From the NCBI GenBank assembly GCA_973895155.1, contig OZ316897.1, positions 3,177,416 through 3,241,415 of the forward strand: a DNA stretch of 64,000 bases, written 5' to 3'. This document shows positions 1 through 12,754 of this stretch, piece by piece (the stretch's first letter is position 1; each line of letters opens with the position of its first letter). A model generated the notes under the pieces. That model was not told the DNA's origin and made no database searches. It worked only from the letters and a program-made list of their open reading frames with translations. Origin of the DNA: Marsupella aquatica (Eukaryota; Plantae; Marchantiophyta). Position numbers and translations under genes: made by a program.

Positions 1-270
1 ATACAGCGTGCAAAGTGTATACGTGACAATTTATCATATTTCTATGTTGAAATACAATAGGTTTTGTCCATTTGAGCAGGCTTCTGCGGGGGGCGTCTTC
101 GTAAAGTCGGAGGGACAATTTTTTTTCCTAAGTGTGAAAATCCGAATACAACGTGCAAAGTGTATACATGACAAAATCATATTTTTGTGTTGTAGTACTA
201 TAAGTTTTGTCCATTAATTTTGGGAAGGCTTTGACAGGGGGGTGTCTTCGTCGTAAAGTCAGGGGGGAAT
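1..270. repeat. Two diverged ~146-bp direct repeats (may continue off the window edge)
   Basis: atacagcgtgcaaagtgtatacgtgacaa...gtcttcgtaaagtc (1-110) recurs as atacaacgtgcaaagtgtatacatgacaa...gtcttcgtcgtaaagtc (147-260). Confidence 0.7.
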
Positions 271-1989
271 GTGCATACAACATGCACATTGTATGCAAGA
301 CACAAATATATTGTTCTATGTTGAACAGGTTTTGGTTCTGTTCATTATAGCAAGCCTTGCTGCCTGTATGTAAGGCAGGGGAGTCTTGACTTTGTTGAAG
401 TGCGATCTTTGAATACAATGTCCACTATGTATCCAAAGTAGACGCAACCTAGAATCGTGACGTACGTGTCATTGCATGCGTAGAGTGAATACATTGACCA
501 TGTTGTATTGTTCTAGATTGCGGCTATTGTAGTTTGAATACAATAGCCATATTGTATTCACAAAAACTAGGAAGCCATGATGTTGCAGCGCTTGATTGCG
601 GCCAGGGCTACAACGCTTGTGGACTGCGACGTTATCGATGGCCTACTACACATGACCAACCACGATGTCCACAGGGTACGTAGTGGACCTGAACTGTGTG
701 GTAAGGTGTTTCAGAAGAACATGCTTGTACGGAGTGGACCCAGGGGTCCATTGGGAGAGAATCTAAACGTTGGGGTCCACTGGGAGGGCGTGTACAACTT
801 TTGGTCCATTAAGAGAAAAAGTTGCATTTGGAGGTCCACTAAGTATATATCTCCATTATTTTGTTGCGGGTAGAAATCGTTTTGCAACATAATAACATGC
901 GATTATGGGGCGAAAGATATACGCTCTGTTGTCGGGTACTGTCCTTGCAGTCACTGCTTTCAGAGCTGTCCCTGAGATGCCAACAGTTTATTTATTCCTA
1001 TTATATCACAACTTGAGCGCAGCTAAGGAATTGAGGTAGTACGCACCTGTCAAAACAAGTGACCTTCTTGTCTCATTGACCTGTGCTCGCTCTACCAACA
1101 AGTGACATAGTCAAGATGGCAAGGATTCGGTCACTCTGCTGTACTTATTTTAATATATATAAGAGCTACGCTTACTGGTGACCACCGTAGTGCAAGGCAG
1201 AATGGACACACTCCCATGTTGATAAATGTCCCACTTAGAGGCCTTTTCCCCTAGCATCAAGAACTATAATACACAGTTGTGCCACTTTTTAGAGTGGTCG
1301 TCATTCAAATTTGCAGGGCACAAAAATTAAAAAATCTGGTCAAAGGTAAGCAATAAAGCCAAAGTGTGAATTGAGTTTAGTGTGTCACAAAAAGTTGCAC
1401 AAATGCCCAAGACAAATAAGAATAATCACACTAGGCACAAAAAAAGAGTGAAAAACTTTAACACAATGCACAAGGATCAATGCACAAGGATCAAGGAGTA
1501 TACATCCATGCAAGTAAATATTGTACATATTCACATGCAAATTTGTATTGTATATATTCATTGTACATATTTCAATATTGTGTGCATCATAATTTTGTAT
1601 AATACTGGTAAGACTCCATAAAAGTAATTTAATTGCTAATAACATTTTAGTCACTATATCAATAAAAAAACTATTCTCCCAATATTTGTGGTGATTTTTA
1701 CATTCATTTGCAGTGTCATTTTTAATGCCAAAAAAACAAAAATAATAAGGCCCAAAGACATAGTGAAGCGCATGGCATGGGTGTTGATGGCAAGGTCTCA
1801 GGCGAGGGGCACAATCGCAATGTAGGGTAGCCCCTCGATCTCACATGGGTGGGGAAGGGGGCCGGTGAACGAGTGGAGTGATGGTGAATGTGAAAAAGAG
1901 AAGACCAAAAATAGGAAAAGGGGAAAAGGGGGAGGTTAAGATTTGAAAGGAACAATCTTTTTTCTTAACAATATCTTTTGTGCAACGCA

Positions 1990-2425
1990 CGGGTATTTTC
2001 CTGAACGATGTCTTGGCCGACATGACATCTTTTCAACGATGTCTTTGCCGACATGACATCTTTTTTTTCAACAACATCTTGGCCGACATGACAAATTTCT
2101 TTTAATGACATCTTGGCCGACACGACATCTTTTTTCTCAATGACTTCTTGACCAAGACGTCGACATCTTTTTTCTCAAGGACCTCTTGCCTGACACGATA
2201 TCTTTTTTTCTCAACGACATCTTGGCCAACATGACTTATTTTCTCTCAACAACCTCTTGGGCGACACGGCATCTTTTCTCTCAACGACCTCTTGGGCGAC
2301 ACAACATTTTTTTCTCTCCAAGTCTTCTTGGCCGACATAACATCTTTTCTCTCCACGACCTCTTGGCTGACATGACATCATTTTTTCTCAACGACATCTT
2401 GGCTGACACGACTTCTTTTGTGCAA
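1990..2425. repeat. Minisatellite, ~12 units of ~35 bp
   Basis: Consensus TTTTTCTCAACGACATCTTGGCCGACATGACATC repeated head-to-tail with point variants and no unique spacers. Confidence 0.9.
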
Positions 2426-3692
2426 TGTACAGGTATTGAGCTAGTGCTAACACTAAAGTGGGGAAAAGCGCAAGTGTGTAAATTGATCACAACCCCACAG
2501 TACATGATAGGGGATATGCCCCACTTTGAATGTAGGAATTTAAGAAGTAGGAAAAACCCTAGGGAGACAAGATTAATGTGGAATATAATATTTTTACTAG
2601 GGTTCAAACTTTGATTTCTTTTGTGTGCAATTTCATTTTGTAGATAGAGAGCAAGCATCCATGTCAGGCATGCATCATTACCCATTTAGAACTCATTGAG
2701 AGTGTTTGGAAACCCAAATTTGATGCTTTGGTTAAAGATTTTGGACAGTTCTAGTGTTTGTAGGTAAGTGTGCAAACCCCCAGATGAACAAGAGAGATTT
2801 GGCAAACCCCTCTTATTACAAGGGGAACATGCAAATCCTCTAAGATTGTCTTTTTTGTAAGTAGGGTTTAAGAACACCAACATAAAACTGGGTAAAAGTC
2901 ACACATATGGTAGGATAATTTTGATTTCCTACCCGGGGACGTGACAGTTTTGCCTTAATTTCTGATTACATGTCGTTGGTGCCTTTATCTTAGCTCGACC
3001 TTCAGCTTATCCAGCTCGGTTGAATCCACCAATATATGTATATCCCGTCTTTCGGTTTTCTGTACGTGTGTAAAGTTTTAATTGGATGGCTGACGAATAC
3101 TCTCGTACCGCCTGTGGATACTGTACACAATGCTTGAATCCCAATGGCGACAATTTAAGTTCTGTTATTCCTTCGTCTAGTTTAGAGACACAACAGTAAA
3201 TCGAGATCGGGATCGAGATTCCCTTGTTCTGAAGAGAAAGAGGACATTTTGTTTGTCAGGACAGGTCGGACTGAATATTGAGCTGACTCTGTCCTGCTGT
3301 AGCTAGATAGTAAGTTACTCCTGAACTTTACGGTGACCGTAAATAAGTCTCAGCATTCTAAAATTCCAGTACCCACTTCTGTGTATTAATTTCAGTTAGG
3401 TTCGAGCGCACTCCAATTGTTTCGGGCAGAGATCGATCATTTGGATCTCTTATGCAAACTAGCCTCTCTTAAGCTGCTACAGTCAGTGCATGTCCAATGT
3501 CCTCTTTTTTTATTTATTTAGAATTTAAACCAAAATTATAGGAACCACACCTGAAAGCCAGTGCCATGCAATACAATGTTCTCCTTGTACATTGATATAT
3601 ACAGCACTCAACGTTCATTCAAAAGTGAAGATTCTAGAAGAGTCCAACGGATCATCGGGACTTCTTCGAATACAAATATCGAAGTCAACCTC

Positions 3693-5583
3693 CTACGCGG
3701 ATACTTCTTTCTCCTCCATGGCATGACTCTGATGCGAGGGATCGTTAGTCGACGCTAAATAATTACCGTCACCAAACAAGGCGTAAGCCTCCTCTCCATG
3801 CACTGCATCGTCTCCGATTTCCAGGTTCTCTGGTGACAGGCGCAACGGCATGACAAACCTGATGGCGATACATATGAGGCTTGTAACGACAAGGTTCCAT
3901 CCAATAATGAATACCGCTCCAAGAATTTGCAATCCGACCTGGTAAACACCTCGGGTGAATGACTTGTTCCAAGCGTATAAGAAACCACGCGTATGAGCTA
4001 TAGGTTGGAAAAGGCTCGACACTGTAGGCTCGGCAAAGACACCCGCTAATAATCCACCAAGTACACCAGCCACTGCGTGAGTGTGAAACACGCCCATGGT
4101 GTCGTCAATATCCCGCACCCTCTTGAAATACTTCATGTTGTGAAGGATTTTCATACTATACCACGGAATTGATCCAGAGAATATTCCGAAAACGATTGCT
4201 GCCCACCCTTCAATAACACCTGCCGCAGGGGTGATGCAAACCAGACCAGTGACCATGCCCTGGACAGCACCGATCACTGACACCGACCCATTGATGAGAA
4301 TGTCAAGACTCATCCAAACCAGTAAGCTCGTTGCGGTACAGACGTGGGTGTTAAGCACAGCTAATGAAGCATCTATATTGACGGCTAAGGGATCGCCTCC
4401 ATTGAACCCAGTCCATCCCAGCCACAGCAATCCTGCCCCGGCCAGCATCAGCAACAGATTGTTTGGTGGAAAGAACTCGCGATCTCTGTCTGATCTCGGG
4501 CCAACCTGCGCACAATGACCTCACAGTTGCTGCTGTCAGTTTACATCTCCCGTATGCTCATAGAAAGGTTTGCAATGCTCATCAAAGTAGTTAGTTTATA
4601 TAAAATGCCTAGCTTAATGCCCCGATCGTCAGACATCAATAACTGGTGAGATTTCTCATTTTATTTTATACCCCTTCTGGCCAGAGTCACTTCACTTTAG
4701 ACCATGTCCCTTATTCTAGATTCTCTTCGCGATTGTATACTGCACTTAACTATGTATACCTTCAGAATTATATAATAGTTGCAGTAGAGTTGCATCAAAA
4801 GACATATAATCGACATATAATCCTTAGCAGTTGCTCATTTGAAATTTAAAGCTCACTACAGATAAAAGAAGCTAGCGTTTGCGTGGAACATACCCAGTAC
4901 GCAGCAGTAAATCCGGCAATCCCTGAGGACAGATGAATAACATACCCTCCAGAGTAATCAATTACACCCATCTGATACAAAAATCCTCCACCGAAGAGAG
5001 AAAAAGAACCAACTGTGTAGGAAAAGGTACCCCAAAGGGGTACAAATACGATCCATGCCCAAAAATTCATTCTTCCCAAGAGCGATCCCGCAACTAAAAT
5101 GATCGTGATTGCAGCGAACACGAACTGAAAATACACCAGGGTTGCCATTGGATAGTTAAATAGAGCTGTACCATACAAAAAGGTGCACCCTACTTCAGGG
5201 GAGGCGACACATGTATGATTAGATATACCCGAATTTGGAATGATGGCTCGTGTTAACAAGTAATTGTGCTTTAACGCCACCCCAGCCTTACCCCAGAACG
5301 GAAGAAGTTTGTCGCCAAAGGACATATGATATCCCCAGAGAACCCAGTAGACGAGTGTCGCTGCAAAAGCGTAGAAAGCCATGAAAGCAGAGTTTACTGC
5401 CCATTTCTTCTTCACGAAGCTCCCATACAAGATGACCAGCCCAGGCACACTTTGGATGCCGACCAAGGTGGCAGAAGTCAGTTGCCACGCATTGTCTCCT
5501 TTGTTCAGCCAGCTTGGTGTGGCTGTTGAATACGCTGGAGCATTAACTTGAGAATTTCCGTATGCAGAATAATCAGAACTCAT
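3693..5583 (-). CDS. AMT2: Ammonium transporter, plant AMT2/MEP subfamily, copy A; exons 5583-4894 and 4505-3693, 500 aa
   Basis: Motifs [78 protein letters not shown]. The GT-AG intron 4893-4506 (TGG|GTATGT...CAG|GTT) joins AAYW-VGPR in frame. Confidence 0.96.
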
Positions 5584-6545
5584 GGCTTCCCCCTCGTTGC
5601 CGGTCTTTGTTACACTCCTCTGAATGGTATCCTATGAACTGACGGAGTTCTCCGTACTAAATTTCGGTCCGAAACCTCCTCCGGCCTCGATGGTTTTCTC
5701 TGGACCCTTTCAGCTAGACATGCGTGAATATGGCTTGCAATCGATGACTGATGATTATCATTCTCCGATCACAGGCTGGTTTTTGGCCGATAAAACCTTG
5801 CTTCGACTCATTGAATCGTTCAATTCGATGCAACTAATTTTGTCACCTCGGAAGAATCTGCTTTGCATGTGCTCTGGAGATATAAAGCAACCCACAGTCT
5901 GGTCCGATGTTGGGAGCTAGACGATTCACGAGTCAGCGCCACTCACAGAACTGTCTCTAAGGTGGCCTAGCATTACATAGTTGAGCTCGGCTGACTGAGA
6001 AAATCTGTTGTAGATTGACTTAGGAGGCCCTCTCAAGTAGGCAGAATGTCTTTAAATGGCTGAGTGTGCAGGCCGTTGCCTTGAATCTCTGAATTCGGAT
6101 GTGGTTGAGGAGAAGTGCATTTACACTTAACTATTGCCCATTGTCGATCATAACTGAGCTGCACAATGATTTCGTTTTTGAACACATGCCCTGCAGTCAG
6201 AGTCAAAGAGCATAGTGGTATAGTGTGCAACACATATGACAGAAGTGGACAAAATGATCCAGCATCGTCCGGAGTTGCTGCCCGGCCCCTATTTTGGATC
6301 GCAAGCATCCAAACAACGACGCCATCGTTTCCCCCAACGGAAAACCCTATGCAGGTAGCTAGTGGTGCAGCTCTGATCTTACGAAAGCATCTCCGGCGGC
6401 GCTCAGGATGGCAAGCGAATCTTTGTCAAGTATTTCTTTTACTCTTCCTCGTGATAGGTCAGCCGTCCCTAACATTGTACGAAAGGCGATCCCTGGCCTG
6501 GTCGTCTTCGAATCAGTGAGTCCACGACAGGGATTTCTTCTGTTT
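5584..6545 (-). promoter_or_regulatory. 5'UTR/promoter region of AMT2 copy A, homologous to 18616-19455
   Basis: The first ~200 bp upstream of the two ATGs are near-identical, and patchy similarity continues for ~900 bp. Regulatory function is inferred from position only. Confidence 0.6.
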
Positions 6546-9085
6546 TGTTGTCTGTCTCGGGATACTCTTGCTTTCACCGCTGATTTGAGGAGGAGTCACA
6601 AGCATCGTTTTTTTCAATACTAGTTCAAAATGGTGCTCTGTTGGACCACCACGTGTAGCCATAGAGCTTGAATGGACCTAGCACCTTTTCGAGACCTAGA
6701 ATTTGTTGAGCATTGGTTGAAAAACGATACCATTCGAGTTGAACTAACGTTTGACAACGGCGCAATCTGGATCGAGATGGTCCACTTAAGTGGATCTTTG
6801 TGTATTATATTCCAAGAAAAGTTTTAAAATATCTAGCGATTCCAACGAGGGTGGAGAAGTTTTGCAGATTCGCTTCACATTGACTGCACAGTAAGGTTTC
6901 CTTAAACTTTTTTCAGATAATTTACACCGTGTCCACTCCAACAACAGTTGCGTTGCGAAGATTAGCTCCGATATTTGTTGGATCTGTCAAATGAACAGAA
7001 AATAAATTCGAAGGGATGTGTCATCTGATTCATGATGTGCTTCACCAGACGCTCTAAGTATGATTTTAATGTTGATGATAACTCATAGGTGGTTCAGATT
7101 GGTAGCCATGGGGATGTTTCTTAATTCCTAGTCTAGCTAGTGCCCGTGCCTGCATTATTGTTGTTGCTGCCATGCAGCATTTGCATATATTTGCATATCT
7201 TGCAACCATGTGGTAGTTGTGGCCATATTGTCATTGATGCCATGTAATCTTGGGAGAGATGTTGTCATGGTAGACACGTGGTCATTGTGGCCATGGTGTT
7301 GTTGGGGCAATGCATTGCCCTGGATGTTACATATATGTCCAAGTTTAGTGTGCAAACAAAAGTTGGAGAATAGAATTCCAGAAGTCAATCACCTGAAGGT
7401 TTTTAAATAGGTTCAAATCTCCCAAGTATACCTCATGTTTGAAAATAGACGCTGATATCCAAGCCTTAGCTAGAGACCACTATCTTGCATCTCAAAGAAG
7501 AATTAGTGCATATTTAGATGCTTAATACAATGTGAAGCCATTTGTTGTTCAATGCCCACAGGATGCAAACTTTAATTATGTCAAATGGCTGGGACTACAA
7601 AGGGGGATATAAACAGTGAGCGTAAATAATGCGGGAAATAATGCAAATATCATCACAACTTGAAGAGAGTAAACCACAATCAAGCAATCTTTATTCATGT
7701 TCAATAAAGAATCTAGTTGAATATATAGAACATTTTTTTTTGTCAAACTTGCTTGTCTGACCCTCATGTGGATTTCCGGGGCAAGGCATACCCAGGAGTA
7801 CTATGTACATTAGGCGTATCGGATGACAAGGCAGGCAATCGAAGCACCATAGGGAGGGCTGCGGGCTGCAAGGAGGATCATGAGGAAGGTGCATTTTCCC
7901 CATCAAATGGTGACCACCAATGGACTATAACGACCCATTCCCATCATCACTTTTTGGTTTTTGTGAGATTACAACATCCAGAAGAAAGTGCCATTGCATC
8001 TGATAGTGTTCAATGATAGTCCAATACAAGTGCGTTTCATGAATATTCTGGCAATCATTTTGGTGTGGGTGCAGCAATACCCCCCGCAATACCCATGAAT
8101 ATATGAATATGTCAAGGTGAAGCAAAACCATGAGGAAATCTCTCCAGACTCGCTTCAGTGAAACCATTGAAACAACTGTGAGCAAAGTAACCCCTCCCTC
8201 TAACACCCATTATTCTATTCTTAGGCTAGATTTCAAACTTAGTGTTTTATTACTTCGATTTTACCACCTTGATTAGAAATCTGACATTATCATGAAGCAA
8301 TTGAGATTCATTTGTTCCCACACAGTTATATTATTCCGTAGAGTGGTTCAAAATACTCTCCCAAAAAGTGTACAGTAGTGCCCAAAGAAATCCTAAAGAA
8401 ATCTCTAAAGGGGCAGGGCTAGGGTGACCTGACTGTACAAGTCTGCCTGCATATTGTCCATTCAAACTTACTGATGGAGTGTCCGCCTTGATGCTGCAAG
8501 CAGGTGCTATGAGCATGTATGTCATGCCCTACTATTCTCTTTCACTGTACTAAGAGTTTAATGTTATTGACGAGGTATGTTTCTTGCAAAATTCAGAATC
8601 TATCTGGAATTGTCTACTCTATATTAAGGATTCGAGCTGTGCAAGTCTTTAGCAGCAAATCCAAGCTTAGTTAAAGCCAGAGCTGAATAATCATGGCAAC
8701 AATTTTGCATTTGTTAAAATAAAATTTTTAGAACAATCTATGAAACCCCCAAAAAGGGAATAGTCAGGCGCATCATTTCAACACTAGACCTACACTTTAC
8801 ACTTGAGTCTCAACTCAAGTAAACTAGCACACGACTAGTCAGAGCTAAATAATGTCTGACTGTATACGGACCATTACTGCATGTAACGGTCAATCTCACA
8901 GGTGTAATGTCCCATCACAGGACCATAGGTATTTGTTAGACACGTCTTAGATTGTATAATTGTCTCTTAAACTGAATCCTAAGCATTATGAGATGTAATC
9001 TAGCTAGTGATGTGGTAGATCGGCACAAATACCTATTTAGTCGACCATTGCCCTTCACGTCTAAAGCAAGCTAGGTTATCTGAAT

Positions 9086-9192
9086 CATCAAGCATAAAGC
9101 CAGGATGGACCAAAGGGTTTGTTCTTTCCATCTTGGTGGTAATGATCAAGCATAAAGCCAGGATGGTCCAAGGGGTTTGTTCTATCCATCTT
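9086..9192. repeat. ~60-bp tandem duplication
   Basis: atcaagcataaagccaggatgg(a/t)ccaa(a/g)gggtttgttct(t/a)tccatctt occurs twice. Confidence 0.85.
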
Positions 9193-9329
9193 AGTGCACT
9201 GCATGAAGTCAGCAGCCAATTTATACCAAAATGAAAAAGTGACTAACCGCCACACTTCACTTAAATTTGACAACGATTCCCTTAGTGGGGCCAACCAACT
9301 AGAAACTGATAGGCTTCAATTGGCAAAGT

Positions 9330-9611
9330 CTTGGAGGTTCACTTTTACAAAAATGACCTATCAAGTAAGACGAATGATAGTGTTATTTTATTGGTTCTAA
9401 AAAAAGACTTAAGAATTTTCTAAGAAGAACAATAAGATCTTTTAAATCTAATTTTGATATTAGAAGAACATGATAGTGTTTTTATCCAATTTTTAGAATA
9501 TTTCAACATTATGGGGTTAGAATTTTATTTTTATTTTTACATTCTACTAAGGGGGTTGGGGGCCTAAAACGTTGCAGGATAGGGAGGCCTCCATATCGTG
9601 AGACCCCCTAG
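9330..9611. mobile_element. Degenerate non-autonomous TIR element (~300-bp subfamily), 8-bp TSD
   Basis: Ends CTTGGAGGTTCA...TGAGACCCCCTAG. Perfect TSD GGCAAAGT at 9322-9329 and 9612-9619. Body resembles 12111-12414. Confidence 0.7.
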
Positions 9612-10030
9612 GGCAAAGTTGTGCACCTGATGTGTGGCAGACCTGTGCATTTATTTAGACAATTTTGTTCACTCTTAACTATTATACTCAGACTCTCTAG
9701 TAACTCTTGCTTCAGTCTAGTAACTCACAAAGACCCTTGGCCCTCACTCCTAGTAAAATCAAGCTCCCCAAATTAATGAATTTCTTTCATTCTTATTTTC
9801 AAACAATAAGAATCTTATCAACCATTGTCTTGGAAACTCCCTAAACATCAATCAATTCATTAAAAGTGAATTATTATTTAATTTATAAACATTTGGGTAA
9901 TAGAAATATACATTTGGCTTTCAAAAAATGTACAATTAGATAAGAAATAAATATGGTGGCCATGAGATGTACCACCATGTATCATTTGTAAATGAACTAG
10001 GATGAAACTCCTTCTAGTAAACATCATTTT

Positions 10031-11435
10031 TGTTGAGCATAGACGACAATCGCAACGGCAAGTCCATGAACCATCCAACGCACAAGAGTTGACACAGAGA
10101 GATACGTGGTTCACATCCACATGAGGCTACGTCAACGGGAACATACATGAGCTTTACTGCACCCTAGGCTGACCGGCCATACCAAGCATCCACAACGCAA
10201 ACGCTCTCTATCTCTCAACCCCTGGGCCCTCACTCTTACTGTATTAAGTGAACCCCCCTGAGAACAAACACCCCCCGTGTACCCCTTCTTAATATTTTTG
10301 TTCACAAAAAAAATCCCATTGTTAATGTAAAAATATTAACTTTTCCTGTTAAATTTTATCCTTTTGTAAATTACAATAGAGTTTTTCAAGGAATTGAAAA
10401 CACCCTTGAATTTTTAGAATTACAAATATCATATTGAAATAGATAAAACTTTATCTTTCATAGGGGACTTGTATGTTATGCTCGATCTTCAAGGTACATA
10501 TTTTATATATAGATAAACAAAATTAGTACGAGAGAAAATTATAGTTCTTCCTATATAGTTTACACACAGCCATGCACTCTTGTCTTAGTGTTCGCAAAAG
10601 TGCCTCTGAACTTCTAGTTTCATAAGTATTATATATGTATAATCCAGGAATAATACTCCAAAGTCTGAACCAACTATAACAAACATTGTTAAGCGCCTGA
10701 GACCCCTCCCTCAACACACAAACACATCTGGCCTCATACCTAGTTGTTTGATTCAAGGGAATTCAAAATTAATCTTGTCCTTCCATGTGAGATTGATCCA
10801 TGGATCCCCATCAATCCTAGTTTCCCAACCAAGTTGGGCCCAAAGATTCTGGCCCAACATTTACTCAACTCCCCAGTTAACTCCTAAACATGCGGGTAAA
10901 CATGTCTATCCAAACCCATTTGTTCCACCATAAGGGGACCAACGAAACCAAACTTGCCTTAAGACGATAAATAATTAAATGTTTGATTACTATATGGACA
11001 CGTGTGCAAATGAAGTGATGACATGTGTGCCAACCATGTAGTGACGCTTGTACTTGGCATTTTGGGTACCCTTGCATAAGATTTATGTGACATGTATTTG
11101 ATAAGAGTCTTATTACTAATATTGCACGGCGAATGTATATAGAAGGATGTTGCCTACTTTAAAGACTATTATAAAAAATAGTTTGCATTACATTAAAAAT
11201 ACCCTTGCGTTGTTCGCACGTCCTCCCTGTATTAGTAACACTAAGGGCCTAGGGCTCTCAACTAGCTCCATAACAATGAGCCTGAGTTCCCACTCTCCAA
11301 GCAAACACCGCTTGGTTATAGAATGTGAACATGACTAACCCCTGAGTGGACTAACCTAACCAAGTCTGCAACAAAGGTTAGCCTTAACTACGGTATAGTC
11401 GTAACTCTAGATTGACCTAAGAGTAAATACTAACA
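10031..11435. mobile_element. Solo Copia LTR (family of 34018-40566), interrupted by a TIR element
   Basis: TGTTGAGCATAGACGAC...AGAGTAAATACTAACA termini; 5-bp TSD ATTTT at 10026-10030 and 11436-11440; clear similarity to LTR 34018-34456. Confidence 0.9.
10220..11254. mobile_element. Non-autonomous TIR element (~1-kb subfamily), 8-bp TSD
   Basis: CCCTGGGCCCTCA...TAAGGGCCTAGGG; TSD CTCTCAAC at 10212-10219 and 11255-11262; colinear with 57280-58246. Confidence 0.92.
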
Positions 11436-12110
11436 ATTTTTGCCTCCACAAGTTTGTAACTGACCATTTAATTAGGGTATAGAGTATTGTACTATATTGT
11501 ATCTTTTGGGGTTAAAAAATGTACATTGAGAGACCAAAAAGTGAACATTTAGAGGACTAAAATTGAACAAAATAAAATACACTTCTAATGAATAAGGTGA
11601 TAAAACGGGGCCTTAAACATCTATCCAACCACTTGCCCTCAAACCTTAAACCCACCTTGCCACCTGCATACCCGCCTGCATATATATGGCTATATAAAAA
11701 TATACATGATTGATTTAACATGAGGGACATGTACCATTGTATGACCATAAGTACCTTGATGCATGTGTGGCACGCCCAATATGCACTCCCTTACCCAACG
11801 TGCTTATAATCTATAATTAAATAAAAATGAATTTAAGAAACCCTTGTGTCATTTGGACATTCACCCATATTATTTAAAATCTGGGGGCCAGGGTACAAAT
11901 TTGGAGATTTTTTGAGATCAATATTGCATTTTGATTACTTATCAAAACAATGATCAAATATTATATACCAACTGCCAGAAAATTTAATTGCAGGTCATAT
12001 TTAAATCAAACTGGTAAAATATGCTACCTAAGTCTTCTGAGATGTTCTATGCCAGGCCATCAAAGCTTTGGAAATTCACCCGGGCTTCACAGCAAACCCC
12101 ATAGGAGACC

Positions 12111-12414
12111 CCTGGGGTCCTCACTTCTTTTCTTCCGACCCATCACGCGCAAATAAGTATAGGGTTTTTATATTGGGTTTAGTGAAATATTTTTTAATTT
12201 TTGTTTAAGAATATCAGGGTTATTTTAATCCAATTTTGAGAACTATAAGAATCATAGGGTTTTTATTATAAAATATAGGAATATTCTTGGAATATTTCAT
12301 AAAGTCAGGGGAAAAAATTACTAAAAAAAACTTTATTGATTTAACTTTTAGGGTGTTTATTCCCCCAAAACTTTGAACATGATATAGGACACCCCTTGGA
12401 TTGAGACTCCCAAG
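12111..12414. mobile_element. Non-autonomous TIR element (~300-bp subfamily), 8-bp TSD
   Basis: CCTGGGGTCCTCA...TGAGACTCCCAAG; TSD AGGAGACC/ACGAGACC; highly similar to 27760-28059. Confidence 0.85.
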
Positions 12415-12754
12415 ACGAGACCCCAGTTTTTAGGTAAATGGTCAGGTTTGCACAATAAGTAAATAATTATTAAAAAATTGAGGCATGGGACAAAAGTTAG
12501 GCCCTGATCAAGAAATATTCTTTGCCAAATTTTGGAATATTGTAAACATTTTGATTAAAACACTCTTTACATTGTTATGGAAATCAATGAAATATTGAGA
12601 CATTGTGTATGACACCGTGCCAAAAATAAATAAATGAACTTTTAGCCCAGGGCATGCTCCAATCTGATTGTCCTGAGTACATTAAGTACAGTACTGTAGA
12701 TGTAAGCAGCCAGTCTGACGGACTGAAAGCCAGGTCAATTCAATTGTCCATCAG

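Larger units (their letters stand above)
9734..11893. mobile_element. Older TIR element of the same family, hosting a solo LTR
   Basis: Left end CCCTTGGCCCTCA. Right end ...tttggacattcacccatattatttaaaatctGGGGGCCAGGG resembles the family's right subterminus. TSD only partial (cacaaaga/tacaaatt). Confidence 0.45.

Noticed and set aside
1990-2425. CRISPR-like periodicity
   Set aside because: Units are contiguous with no unique spacers, there are no cas genes, and the context is eukaryotic.
2484-2946. Possible solo LTR (TG.TCAC...GTGACA ends)
   Set aside because: The left end is imperfect, there is no TSD, and no second copy is present in the window.
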